NCBI GenBank assembly: GCA_964462015.1
Contig: CAYWXI010000004.1
Span: forward strand, 15,859-79,858
Direction of reading: 5' to 3'
Length of the DNA: 64,000 bases
Source: an uncultured Bacteroidales bacterium
GTDB taxonomy: Bacteria > Bacteroidota > Bacteroidia > Bacteroidales > JAEINX01
The notes below the pieces were generated by a model that was given only the letters and a program-made list of their open reading frames with translations, did not search any database and was not told the origin of the DNA. Shown in pieces: positions 55,099 to 64,000 of this stretch; the stretch's first letter is position 1; each line of letters opens with the position of its first letter. Made by a program: the position numbers and the translations under genes.

Positions 55099-57408
55099 AT
55101 GGATCCTCCAAAACCATCTATACCAAATGATATCAAAAAGAATTGGCAACGAATTGTAAACCTGATAGCTAAGCAAACAAAAACTTGTGCCTGCCTGATC
55201 ATGAAGATTCAAACAGAGGAAATTGAGGTTTTTCTTTCAAGTGAAACTACAAATAATCCTTATAAAAAAGGTGATAGGGAAAATTTAAAAACCGGGCTGT
55301 ATTGCGAAACAGTAATTGATACGAACAAACCTTTGCTTGTTCCTGAAGCTTTAAAAGACCCTCAATGGAAAAACAATCCGGATATTAAATTGGGAATGAC
55401 ATATTACTTTGGATATCCTTTGAAATGGCCTGATGGAGAAGCTTTTGGTACATTATGTATTCTCGATAGCAAAAACAACCCCAATGCTTCATTACAATCT
55501 GACCTGATTTTTGAGTTTCAACAAATCATTGAAAAAGATTTGAAAATAATTTATCAGGAAAATCAAGTCATGGAAGTAAATGAAATGATAAGGAAAAATG
55601 AACAAAGGCATTCACTTTATGTTGAGAATACTCCTTTAGCCGTAATAGAATGGAATACAGATTTTCGGGTAATCAAATGGAATCCTGCTGCTGAAGAAAT
55701 ATTTGGTTATTCGGTTGATGAAGCCATTGGGCAACATGCCGGATTATTTGTACCTGACAAGTATAAGGCTCATGTTAATCAGGTTTGGAATGACCTTTTA
55801 ACACAAAAAGGAGGCAAAAGAAGTACCAACGAGAATGTTACAAAAGAAGGTAAGGCCATTTTTTGCGAATGGTACAATACACCGCTTACTACTGCCGGAG
55901 GAGAAACCTTAGGGGTTACTTCTCTTGTGTTGGATATTACAGATCGTATGTTGATCGAAAAAGCCTTAAATGATAGTGAGGCCAAATACAGAAACCTTTT
56001 TGAGAATGCAGTGCTTGGCATATACCGAACTTCACCGGATGGTAAAATATTGATGACTAACAAAGCTTTATTAACTATGCTGGGTTATTCAACTTTTGAG
56101 GAATTAAAGGATCGTAATTTGGATAAAGAAGGATTTGAAACTCAATCAGAACGTTCGGTTTTTAAAAACAAGATTGATAATAAAGGAAAGGTTTCTGGAA
56201 TGGAATCGACATGGTTGAAAGCAAACGGTGAGAAAATTTATGTCAGGGAAAGCTCGATAGCAATTTATGATTCTGATAACAAGGTTCAGTATTATGAAGG
56301 TATTGTTGAAGATATAACACAGCAACGGAAAGACAAGGAAGCTTTACTTGAAAAAGATAGAAATTACGAGGATATTATTGAAAAATCCAAAATCGGAATA
56401 TCAATCGATGATATTGATGGTAATTTAACCTATTGCAATATGAGATATGCGGAGTTATTTGGTTATACTCTTGAGGAAATAAAATCGTTACCTTTATCAG
56501 CCTTTGTTCATCCGGAGGATTTAAAAAGAGTAGAGAAAATTCATAATGACAGGGTTAAAGGGAAAGATGTCGTATCCAGGTATGAATGCCGGGCTGTAAC
56601 AAAAGATTCCAAAGTAATTCATGTTGAAATTGATGTAATTCCAATAATTGAAAACAATAAGATAGTTGGTACCAGGTCGTATGTTTGGGATATTACCGAA
56701 CGAAAAAAAATTGAAAAGGATATTCAATGGAAGGCACGTATTGACAAAGCTTTAGCAGCTCTATACACCCCCCTTATCTCTCCTTCTTCAAACATGATGG
56801 ATATTGCTTTAATGATAAAAAAACAGGCTCAGAATCTTACAGAAAGTACACAATGTTATGTTGGCACTATTGATTTGGAAAACGGTGATCTTGTATCTCA
56901 TACTCTGACGGAGATGATGGAGAACGGACAATGCGCTATCCTTCAGGAGAACAATCAACGTATTGCATTTCCTATGGGTAAAAATGGCAAATATGGCAGG
57001 CTGTGGGGGTACTCACTCAATACAAAGGAAGCTTTTTATACGAATGATGTGGAAAATCATTTTGCCTCAAAGGGAATACCGGAGGGACATATTAAGATTG
57101 AGAAATTTCTCAGCTTACCGGTTATGCTCGAACAGGAACTGGTTGGACAAATTGCTTTAGCCAACCCTGTAAGGGCTTACACTGATAAAGATTTGATTGC
57201 GATAAAAAGTATGGCAGATTTCTTCGCCCTTGCCATTCAGAAACTCCGATTTGAGGAAGACTTAAAAAAACGTACCGAAGAACTGGAAACTTTTAATAAA
57301 TCAATGATTGATCGCGAAATGAGGATCATAGAGTTGAAAGAAGAAATCAACAAACAATGTGAAGAATTGAACAGGCCTGTCAGGTTTCCGGCTGTTTGGG
57401 ATTATTAA
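55099..57408 (+). CDS. GAF-PAS-PAS-PAS-GAF sensory protein with C-terminal coiled coil and no recognisable output domain
   Basis: 769 aa. N-terminal and C-terminal GAF-like regions, three PAS/PAC segments (e.g. PLAVIEWN...NPAAEEIFGYS), and terminal heptad-rich EEDLKKRTEELETFNKSMIDREMRIIELKEEIN. Confidence 0.85.
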   Translation: MDPPKPSIPNDIKKNWQRIVNLIAKQTKTCACLIMKIQTEEIEVFLSSETTNNPYKKGDRENLKTGLYCETVIDTNKPLLVPEALKDPQWKNNPDIKLGMTYYFGYPLKWPDGEAFGTLCILDSKNNPNASLQSDLIFEFQQIIEKDLKIIYQENQVMEVNEMIRKNEQRHSLYVENTPLAVIEWNTDFRVIKWNPAAEEIFGYSVDEAIGQHAGLFVPDKYKAHVNQVWNDLLTQKGGKRSTNENVTKEGKAIFCEWYNTPLTTAGGETLGVTSLVLDITDRMLIEKALNDSEAKYRNLFENAVLGIYRTSPDGKILMTNKALLTMLGYSTFEELKDRNLDKEGFETQSERSVFKNKIDNKGKVSGMESTWLKANGEKIYVRESSIAIYDSDNKVQYYEGIVEDITQQRKDKEALLEKDRNYEDIIEKSKIGISIDDIDGNLTYCNMRYAELFGYTLEEIKSLPLSAFVHPEDLKRVEKIHNDRVKGKDVVSRYECRAVTKDSKVIHVEIDVIPIIENNKIVGTRSYVWDITERKKIEKDIQWKARIDKALAALYTPLISPSSNMMDIALMIKKQAQNLTESTQCYVGTIDLENGDLVSHTLTEMMENGQCAILQENNQRIAFPMGKNGKYGRLWGYSLNTKEAFYTNDVENHFASKGIPEGHIKIEKFLSLPVMLEQELVGQIALANPVRAYTDKDLIAIKSMADFFALAIQKLRFEEDLKKRTEELETFNKSMIDREMRIIELKEEINKQCEELNRPVRFPAVWDY

Positions 57409-57430
57409 ATAATTGATCATTTTATACGCA

Positions 57431-60400
57431 ATGAATTATACATCTATGAAAAGGAAAAACTCACTCAATATAAAAGAACTGAAAACAAAAAGAATAAGCA
57501 CCAAATTGCTGTTCTGGTTTCTTTGTATTTCCATCATTCCACTTATTATTTTCAGTTTTTTCTTTAGTTCTTACATGGAAAAAGCTCTTGAGGTTAACGA
57601 ACTTAAGAATTTTTCTCTGATAGCAGAGAACAAAAACAAGCAAATTGTAAATTATTTTATGGAGCAGGAAAGAGATATTTCTGCCATAGCTCAATCACCT
57701 GCAATTATAGAAGCCCTACAGGCTTATGAAAGTGCAATAAAAAACTTTGGGGCCAAATCAGATCAATACCTTGCTGTAGAAAAAAAATACAATGATTACC
57801 TTAATTTTTATGCCAGGGAGTTTGATTATTATGATTTGTTTCTAATTAATGCAAAGGGAGATATTGTTTTTACAAATGAAAGAGAAGATGATTTTGGAAC
57901 AAATCTAACAAATGGGAAGTACGCTGACACTGAACTTGCTCATGCATTTGATCAAACTTATAAAACAAAAAATATCATTATTTCAAAATACAAATACTAT
58001 CTGCCTTCTGATGAACCTGCTTCATTTCTTACTGCTCCAATCATCCAAAACGATCAATTGGTTGGAGTCCTGGCAGTCCAATTACCAGTTGATGTAATTT
58101 TCAGTATTATTCAGGATTATTCGGAATTGGGAGAAACCGGAGAAGTCTTGATTGGGCAAAAAATGGGTAATGAAGCTGTTTTTATTAACCCGTTACGTTT
58201 TGATCAGAATGCTGCTTTTAACCGAAAAGTACCATTTGGATCTGATCTGGCATTGTCGTTACAAGATGCAGTTCAAAAAAAGGAAGGCTCAGGAATTTCT
58301 ATTGACTACCGGGGAATCCCAATTATTGCTGTTTGGAAATATATTCCCGGGCCTAATTGGGGAATTGTTGTAAAAGCGGATAAAGATGAGATATTTCATT
58401 CGGTTAATAAAATGAGAAAACGGTTTATAATAACCGGACTTATCTTCATTCTGTTAGCAATAAGCATAGCAATATACCTATCCCGTTCAATTTCAAATCC
58501 TATAAAAAGACTACAGTCAGGCTTTCAAAAGGTGGGCAGAGGGGATTTAAAATACAAAGTGGGCAATGATGATCCCGATGAGATAGGGCAGTTGTCAAGG
58601 TCGTTTGATGAAATGACATCCCGCCTGGAAACCATTACTGCCTGGAGGGATGATCTCAACCAAGAAATTAAGCAACGCAAGGAGGCCAATCAGGAGATAC
58701 AATTCCTTTCCAAAGCGCTTGAAGAAAGTCCTTCAATGGTTATTATAACCGATAAAGATGGAGTAATTACCTATGTAAACCAAAAATTCATTACTGAAAC
58801 CGGATATTCTCGTGAAGAAGCAATCGGGCAAAAACCAAGGATAATAAAAAGTGAAACGCAACCCAACTCCTATTATAAGAAACTCTGGTCCGTCATCACA
58901 CAGGGAAAAGAATGGAACGAAGAAATTCAAAACAAAAGAAAGAATGGTGAACTATTCTGGCAATCCATATCTATTTCGCCCATTATTAATGATTCCGATG
59001 AAATCACACATTTTGTTTCCAATCAGATGAATATAACCGAAAGGAAAGAGTTGAACGAAGAATTAAAAAACAAAACCGAAAACCTGGAAAAATCAAGGAG
59101 GGCCGCTTTAAATATAATGCAGGATGCACAAGAACAACGCAAAAAAAGCGAGGCAACCCTGAAAAAACTGGAAGATTCCTACGATGAAATTAAAAAATTG
59201 TCTCAAGCCATTGAGCAAAGCCCCGTGACAGTTGGAATCACTGATATTAAAGGAAACCTGGAATATGTTAACCAAACATTTAACAAAGTTACCGGATATA
59301 CTGCAGAAGAAGTGATTGGGAAAAATCCCAGGATTTTCAAATCAGGACTCCATCCCAGGTCTTTCTATAAGAATCTTTGGGATACAATTCTATCAGGAAA
59401 AACCTGGAAAGGGGAGTTTATAAACAAAATTAAAAACGGGAATTTGATATGGGAATCAGCAACAGTTTCACCATTAAAAAACGATGAGGGTGAAATCATT
59501 CATTTCATTGCCATCAAAGAAGATATAACGGAAAGAAAAAAAGCTGAGGAAGCACTTCAAAGGAGCGAAGACCAAATACGACTCTTGCTAAACAGTACAG
59601 CAGAAGCAATTTATGGAATTGATTTAAATGGAAAATGTACTTTCTGTAACAAGGCTTGCCTAAATATTCTCGGTTATGATAATACTTATGATTTGATTGG
59701 AAAAAATATGCATGATCAAATACACTCAAAATATGAGGATGGAACACTATTCCCAGCGGAAAAATGCAGAATCTTTCAGGCTTTTCGAATTGGTAAAGGC
59801 TCACATGTTGACGATGAAGTACTATGGAAGGCCAATGGAACAAGCTTTCCTGCCGAATACTGGTCATATCCTCAAAAACGTGATGGGAAAATAATTGGAG
59901 CCGTGGTGACATTCATTGATATTACTGAAAGGAAAATCATAGAGAAACAGTTGAAAAAAGCAAAAGAATCTGCTGAAGAAGCGGCAAGGGCTAAAAGTAT
60001 ATTTTTAACAAATATGAGTCATGAGATCCGTACCCCTATGAATGCCATTCTTGGATTTTCGGAAATCCTGTCGCGAATGGTAAAGGACAATACTTTAAAA
60101 GATTATGTTTCTTCCATACAGTCAAGTGGTAAAACATTACTGAGCCTGATCAATAATATTCTTGATCTGTCGAAAATAGATGCCGGAAAACTTGAACTTA
60201 AGCTAAATGCTGTTGATATAAGGTTGTTTACTGAAGAAATTACGGATATTTTCAGGCAAAGCATTGAAAATAAAGGCCTGCAGTTAATAACTGAAATAGC
60301 GAATGATTTACCGGTTTCTATGCTGCTTGATGAATTGAGGTTAAAACAGGTGTTTATTAACCTGATAAGCAATGCAATAAAATTCACCGACAAGGGATTG

Positions 60401-61423
60401 ATAAAAATCTCAATAGCAAACAAACGGATCAGTAGTAAGACAGTTGATTTATTGATTAATATTGAAGATAGCGGGATCGGAATTAAAAAAACTCACCAAC
60501 AAAAGATATTTGATTCCTTTGTTCAGAAAGAAGACCAGGACAGCCGGAAATATGGAGGCACGGGATTAGGGCTTGCTATTACAAAACAACTGATTGAGCT
60601 TATGAATGGTGAAGTATCACTCGAAAGTGAACCCAATAAAGGAAGTAAATTCACTATTAGCTTAAACAATGTTGCAGTCTCAAATGAGGCAGTAATTAAG
60701 GATCAAAACTTACAAGTTGATTTCGATTCCATACATTTCCGAAAATCTCTGGTATTAAATGTTGACGATATCAAGGAAAACCTTGCAGTCCTTGAAGGGC
60801 TTATGGGGCCTTTCGATTTTGAATTCCTGAGGGCAGTTTGTGGCAAAGAGGCGTTACAATTGCTAAAAGTAAAGAAACCGGATATCATTTTTATGGACTT
60901 GATCATGCCTGAAATGAGTGGATATGATACACTTAAAAAAATCAGGGAAAATCCGGAATGGGTAAAAATACCTGTTATTGCGGTAACTGCCTCTGCATTT
61001 AAGGAAGAAAAAGAAAAAGCACTTTCCTGTGGATTTGATGGTTATATCCGGAAACCAATCAATCCACAATTTTTATTAAAATACCTGAAAGATCATCTTG
61101 AATATTCAATTGATGATAAGCAGATTGACAAAGAAATCAGGCTTATGCCTAAAAACATTAAAGTGACACCTCAGGTATTGCAGGAAATTAATCAGGAGGT
61201 TATCCCGTTGTTAGATGAACTTCAAAAAATAAGGCCCAAGAAAAAGGTTGAAAAACTTGCAAATTTAATATCCGGTATCGGAAAAAAATACAGGATACCA
61301 TCTTTTGAAAAACATGGCAAGGAATTAAAACTGGCTTCCGAATCATTCAATATTGAAAAGGAAAAGAACCTGATCAATCAATTGCCCGGCATTATTGCCA
61401 GGTTAAAAGAAATAAGTACATAA
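57431..61423 (+). CDS. hybrid sensor histidine kinase (dCache-HAMP-3xPAS-HisKA-HATPase-REC + C-terminal helical, possibly HPt-like, region)
   Basis: About 1330 aa. Two TM helices flank a Cache-like periplasmic domain. HisKA H-box SHEIRTPMNAI, G-boxes DSGIGI/GGTGLGL, and REC (DLIMPEMSGYD...K). Confidence 0.9.
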   Translation: MNYTSMKRKNSLNIKELKTKRISTKLLFWFLCISIIPLIIFSFFFSSYMEKALEVNELKNFSLIAENKNKQIVNYFMEQERDISAIAQSPAIIEALQAYESAIKNFGAKSDQYLAVEKKYNDYLNFYAREFDYYDLFLINAKGDIVFTNEREDDFGTNLTNGKYADTELAHAFDQTYKTKNIIISKYKYYLPSDEPASFLTAPIIQNDQLVGVLAVQLPVDVIFSIIQDYSELGETGEVLIGQKMGNEAVFINPLRFDQNAAFNRKVPFGSDLALSLQDAVQKKEGSGISIDYRGIPIIAVWKYIPGPNWGIVVKADKDEIFHSVNKMRKRFIITGLIFILLAISIAIYLSRSISNPIKRLQSGFQKVGRGDLKYKVGNDDPDEIGQLSRSFDEMTSRLETITAWRDDLNQEIKQRKEANQEIQFLSKALEESPSMVIITDKDGVITYVNQKFITETGYSREEAIGQKPRIIKSETQPNSYYKKLWSVITQGKEWNEEIQNKRKNGELFWQSISISPIINDSDEITHFVSNQMNITERKELNEELKNKTENLEKSRRAALNIMQDAQEQRKKSEATLKKLEDSYDEIKKLSQAIEQSPVTVGITDIKGNLEYVNQTFNKVTGYTAEEVIGKNPRIFKSGLHPRSFYKNLWDTILSGKTWKGEFINKIKNGNLIWESATVSPLKNDEGEIIHFIAIKEDITERKKAEEALQRSEDQIRLLLNSTAEAIYGIDLNGKCTFCNKACLNILGYDNTYDLIGKNMHDQIHSKYEDGTLFPAEKCRIFQAFRIGKGSHVDDEVLWKANGTSFPAEYWSYPQKRDGKIIGAVVTFIDITERKIIEKQLKKAKESAEEAARAKSIFLTNMSHEIRTPMNAILGFSEILSRMVKDNTLKDYVSSIQSSGKTLLSLINNILDLSKIDAGKLELKLNAVDIRLFTEEITDIFRQSIENKGLQLITEIANDLPVSMLLDELRLKQVFINLISNAIKFTDKGLIKISIANKRISSKTVDLLINIEDSGIGIKKTHQQKIFDSFVQKEDQDSRKYGGTGLGLAITKQLIELMNGEVSLESEPNKGSKFTISLNNVAVSNEAVIKDQNLQVDFDSIHFRKSLVLNVDDIKENLAVLEGLMGPFDFEFLRAVCGKEALQLLKVKKPDIIFMDLIMPEMSGYDTLKKIRENPEWVKIPVIAVTASAFKEEKEKALSCGFDGYIRKPINPQFLLKYLKDHLEYSIDDKQIDKEIRLMPKNIKVTPQVLQEINQEVIPLLDELQKIRPKKKVEKLANLISGIGKKYRIPSFEKHGKELKLASESFNIEKEKNLINQLPGIIARLKEIST

Positions 61424-61476
61424 TTAATTAATAATTAAAGACAATGCTATGCCTTGTCTAAAAAAAATTCAGACTA

Positions 61477-62655
61477 ATGAAAAATACTGACCGAAAAATC
61501 CTTATTGTTGATGATAATCCAAAGAATATTCAGGTATTGGCTAAACTTTTGAGTGACAACGACTATAATATTGAAACTGCTATATCGGGGGCAGAAGCAT
61601 TACATTGGATTGATGAAGATGAATTCGATCTCATACTGCTTGATATAATGATGCCCGAGATGGATGGTTTTGAAGTTTGTGAAAAGATAAAGCAGCAAAA
61701 GAAGAACAAAGACTTACCAATAATTTTTCTTACTGCCAAAACAGATGTGGAAAGCGTAACAAAAGCTTTTTTGAAGGGAGGATATGATTATTTAACTAAA
61801 CCTTTTAATAGCGATGAATTACTGGCCAGGGTTAAAACGCATGTGGAACTTAGGAAAAGTAAAGAACAATTAAAAAAGGTGAACCAATGGCTGGAGGAAA
61901 AGGTTACCGAAAGAACAAGAGAATTAAAAGAATCAAATGAAGAACTGGCAAAAGCTAAAGAAGAACTCGAGGAATTGGATTTGGCAAAGAACGAATTTCT
62001 AAGGCTTATTAATCATGAAATCAGAACTCCTTTAAACGGGATTCTTGGTGGACTAATGATCATAAAAGACTACGAACTTCCCGGGGAAATCAATGATTTT
62101 ATTGAAATGCTTGATCTCTCCACCCAACGATTGGAGCGGTTTTCGTACAAAGCCCTGGATATTTCGGCCCTGCGAACAATAGGGAAGGAAGGATTAGGTT
62201 TGAAATCCTGCAACCTTTACGGAATGCTAAATGATATTAAAAATGACCTCACCGGACAGTTGGCAGCAAAGAATATTAACCTGATAATGAATAACAGTTT
62301 AAAAGATATTAAAATTTTTGTAAACAGGGAATTGGTTATGAACTCACTGGAATATATCATAGAAAATGCCATTAGATTTTCGGATCAGGATTCGGGAATA
62401 GAAATTAATTCCACAGAACATGACAATACGGTTATTATTGACATTAAAGATGAAGGGGCCGGTTTTTCTGAATATGCCTTAAAGAATCTTTTTAAACCAT
62501 TCAGCAATACTAAGCACCATACCGATGAAAATATGGGTCTGAGTTTATATTATGCAAAACTAGTAATGGATGCTCATGAAGGTAGCATATCAATTGAACC
62601 GAATCAACCTAAAGGAAGCATTGTAAAATTATCAGTCCTCAGCGCTACACAATAA
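61477..62655 (+). CDS. response-regulator / histidine-kinase hybrid (REC-coiled coil-HisKA-HATPase)
   Basis: 392 aa. REC (ILIVDDNP...[13 protein letters not shown]...TAK), H-box [12 protein letters not shown]-terminal ATPase (DEGAGF...GLSL). Confidence 0.9.
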   Translation: MKNTDRKILIVDDNPKNIQVLAKLLSDNDYNIETAISGAEALHWIDEDEFDLILLDIMMPEMDGFEVCEKIKQQKKNKDLPIIFLTAKTDVESVTKAFLKGGYDYLTKPFNSDELLARVKTHVELRKSKEQLKKVNQWLEEKVTERTRELKESNEELAKAKEELEELDLAKNEFLRLINHEIRTPLNGILGGLMIIKDYELPGEINDFIEMLDLSTQRLERFSYKALDISALRTIGKEGLGLKSCNLYGMLNDIKNDLTGQLAAKNINLIMNNSLKDIKIFVNRELVMNSLEYIIENAIRFSDQDSGIEINSTEHDNTVIIDIKDEGAGFSEYALKNLFKPFSNTKHHTDENMGLSLYYAKLVMDAHEGSISIEPNQPKGSIVKLSVLSATQ

Positions 62656-62661
62656 ATTTTA

Positions 62662-62669
62662 TACTTTTG
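62662..62669 (+). promoter_or_regulatory. candidate -7 promoter box (TAnnTTTG)
   Basis: TACTTTTG 15 nt upstream of ATG 62685. It overlaps the TTG that the ORF track used as a start, which supports the downstream ATG. Confidence 0.45.
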
Positions 62670-62684
62670 CAAAAACCAAAAAAA

Positions 62685-63290
62685 ATGGATTTAGTTTTTG
62701 CAACAAATAACCTACACAAAATAAGCGAAATAAAAAACCTGCTAAAACAGCATTTACATAATGATAATAATTTATATAAAATTTTAAGTTTAAAAGACAT
62801 AAATTGCTTTGAAGATATTCCGGAGACCAGCAAAACACTTGAAGGAAATGCTTCTGAGAAATCAATGTTTGTTTATAAGAATTTTCATATTAATTGTTTT
62901 GCCGATGATACCGGCCTTGAAATTGAAGCTTTAGATGGAAAACCCGGAGTTTATTCAGCCAGATATTCCGGTGAAGAAAGGAGCTTTGAAAAAAACATGA
63001 ATAAAGTTCTGAGTAAATTGGAAGGAAAAATAAACCGAAAAGCAAGATTCAGAACCGTGATCTCACTAATAATTGATGGTGAGGAAAAGCTCTTTGAAGG
63101 AATTGTAAATGGAATAATCCTTGAGCAAAAAAGAGGGAAAGAAGGTTTTGGATATGATCCGATTTTTCAAGCTGAGGGATATAATATTTCTTTTGCCGAG
63201 ATGACGCTTGAAGAAAAGAACAAAATTAGTCATCGTGCCATTGCAACAAGAAAACTAATTGATTATCTTAAAGATATTTCAAAGCAATAG
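62685..63290 (+). CDS. rdgB: RdgB/HAM1-family non-canonical purine NTP pyrophosphatase
   Basis: Start moved to ATG 62685 ([16 protein letters not shown]). [39 protein letters not shown] and SHR motifs. Confidence 0.9.
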   Translation: MDLVFATNNLHKISEIKNLLKQHLHNDNNLYKILSLKDINCFEDIPETSKTLEGNASEKSMFVYKNFHINCFADDTGLEIEALDGKPGVYSARYSGEERSFEKNMNKVLSKLEGKINRKARFRTVISLIIDGEEKLFEGIVNGIILEQKRGKEGFGYDPIFQAEGYNISFAEMTLEEKNKISHRAIATRKLIDYLKDISKQ

Positions 63291-63431
63291 ACAAAAAAAC
63301 CTGGGCAATAAATATCCGAAAATGAAAAAAATTAAAATCTCTTAATTCTTTGATAGTTATATTTTTATTGGAAACAATGTTATTCCAAAATCGAGAATAA
63401 ATACAGTTTAAAGAATAATTTTGTTTTTGGG

Positions 63432-64000
63432 TTACATGTTTTCTAAGATCATTGAAAATAATTCTTTCAATGATAAACCGAATTCATTAATCATTTTCGG
63501 AACTATACTTTCTTCGGTAAGCCCGGGAATAGAATTAACTTCTAAAAACACCAATTCATTATTTTCTGATAAAATATAATCAAAACGAACTATTCCTTTA
63601 CAATTAAGCTTATTGAACAGTAAAGCAGAAATCCCTTTACATTCAATTTCTATGCTTTCAGGTATCTGTGCAGGAACAATTTCATTAACCAGTGTTTCAT
63701 TATATTTTGCTTCAAAATCAAAAAATCTATTTTTGCTAATAATTTCTGCAAGAGGCAATACGATTATTTTTTCACCGGTTTTGAAAACACCACATGTTAG
63801 TTCTCTTCCTTTTATATAGTTTTCAATTAATACGCCATCATCTTCTTTAAAGGCTTTATTAATTGCTTTTTCTAAATCTTCAATCTTTTCAACCATCGAC
63901 ATACCAATACTTGAGCCTCCATTATTGGGTTTTACAAAACAAGGCAGGGAAATTTCAGCATTGATTTTTTCAATTGAATATTTTTCATTTTTACTAAGAA
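63432..64000 (-). CDS. ddl: D-alanine--D-alanine ligase (N-terminus beyond the right window edge)
   Basis: The frame continues upstream of the listed Met to the window end (..LPCFVKPNNGGSSIGMSMV..). C-terminal ATP-grasp motifs RFDYIL...FLEVNSIPGLTEESI. Confidence 0.9.
   Translation of the reverse strand, partial: LSKNEKYSIEKINAEISLPCFVKPNNGGSSIGMSMVEKIEDLEKAINKAFKEDDGVLIENYIKGRELTCGVFKTGEKIIVLPLAEIISKNRFFDFEAKYNETLVNEIVPAQIPESIEIECKGISALLFNKLNCKGIVRFDYILSENNELVFLEVNSIPGLTEESIVPKMINEFGLSLKELFSMILENM

Noticed and set aside
61439-61468. Hairpin agacaa-tgctatgcc-ttgtct after the hybrid kinase stop, considered as an intrinsic terminator.
   Set aside because: It is followed by an A-run, not a T-run, on the coding strand, and the stem is only 6 bp. 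It more likely has no terminator function. The next gene starts 9 nt after the A-run.
1-64000. tRNA, rRNA, tmRNA, RNase P, transposase, integrase or phage genes.
   Set aside because: Neither the ORF set nor reading of the larger intergenic regions (3.4, 13.9, 29.0, 31.3, 33.9, 42.0, 52.1 and 54.2 kb) revealed any. A covariance-model scan would still be needed to exclude small RNAs.

Overview
This 64-kb window looks like a chromosomal segment of a low-GC Bacteroidota genome. The evidence is T9SS C-terminal sorting domains, TAnnTTTG-type -7 promoter boxes, a BlaR1-TonB fusion, a LytTR two-component pair and a CBM9/DUF5916 outer-membrane protein. About 45 protein-coding genes are supportable. 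They include housekeeping genes (aroQ, gcvT, aspS, xth, ddl, rdgB-like, RidA), an LPS/polysaccharide cluster at about 5-12.8 kb (CapD-like dehydratase, WbuC cupin, two GT4 glycosyltransferases, LptF/G permease), secreted or outer-membrane proteins, and a three-gene PAS/GAF/histidine-kinase cluster at 55-62.7 kb. I found no rRNA, tRNA, CRISPR array, transposase, integrase or prophage genes.

The unusual content is non-coding and falls into five groups:
1. An 11 x 42-bp phased tandem array (53696-54157) lies directly upstream of a 319-aa orphan gene. A related 4-unit 42-bp array sits at 51346-51507 in the same orientation.
2. A modular family of short hairpin cassettes (hairpin, CTATTCAYRTTY linker, hairpin) occurs in opposite orientations at 29.2 kb and 52.4 kb, with a possible third site at 34.0 kb.
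3. Low-complexity word tracts and word hairpins abut many stop codons. One 20-mer recurs at two loci, with a variant at a third, and forms a perfect 20-bp hairpin between a histidine kinase and its response regulator.
4. A four-helix-bundle (23S rRNA IVS / Avd-family) gene is nested between inverted word arms.
5. Two tandem T9SS surface-protein paralogs share a near-identical 1.4-kb 3' region. The first copy appears 5'-truncated against a two-gene membrane cassette.

My best candidate for an undescribed system is the 51.3-54.2 kb locus (arrays plus orphan gene). Its function cannot be established from sequence alone. All family assignments come from motif recognition and memory, not database searches.
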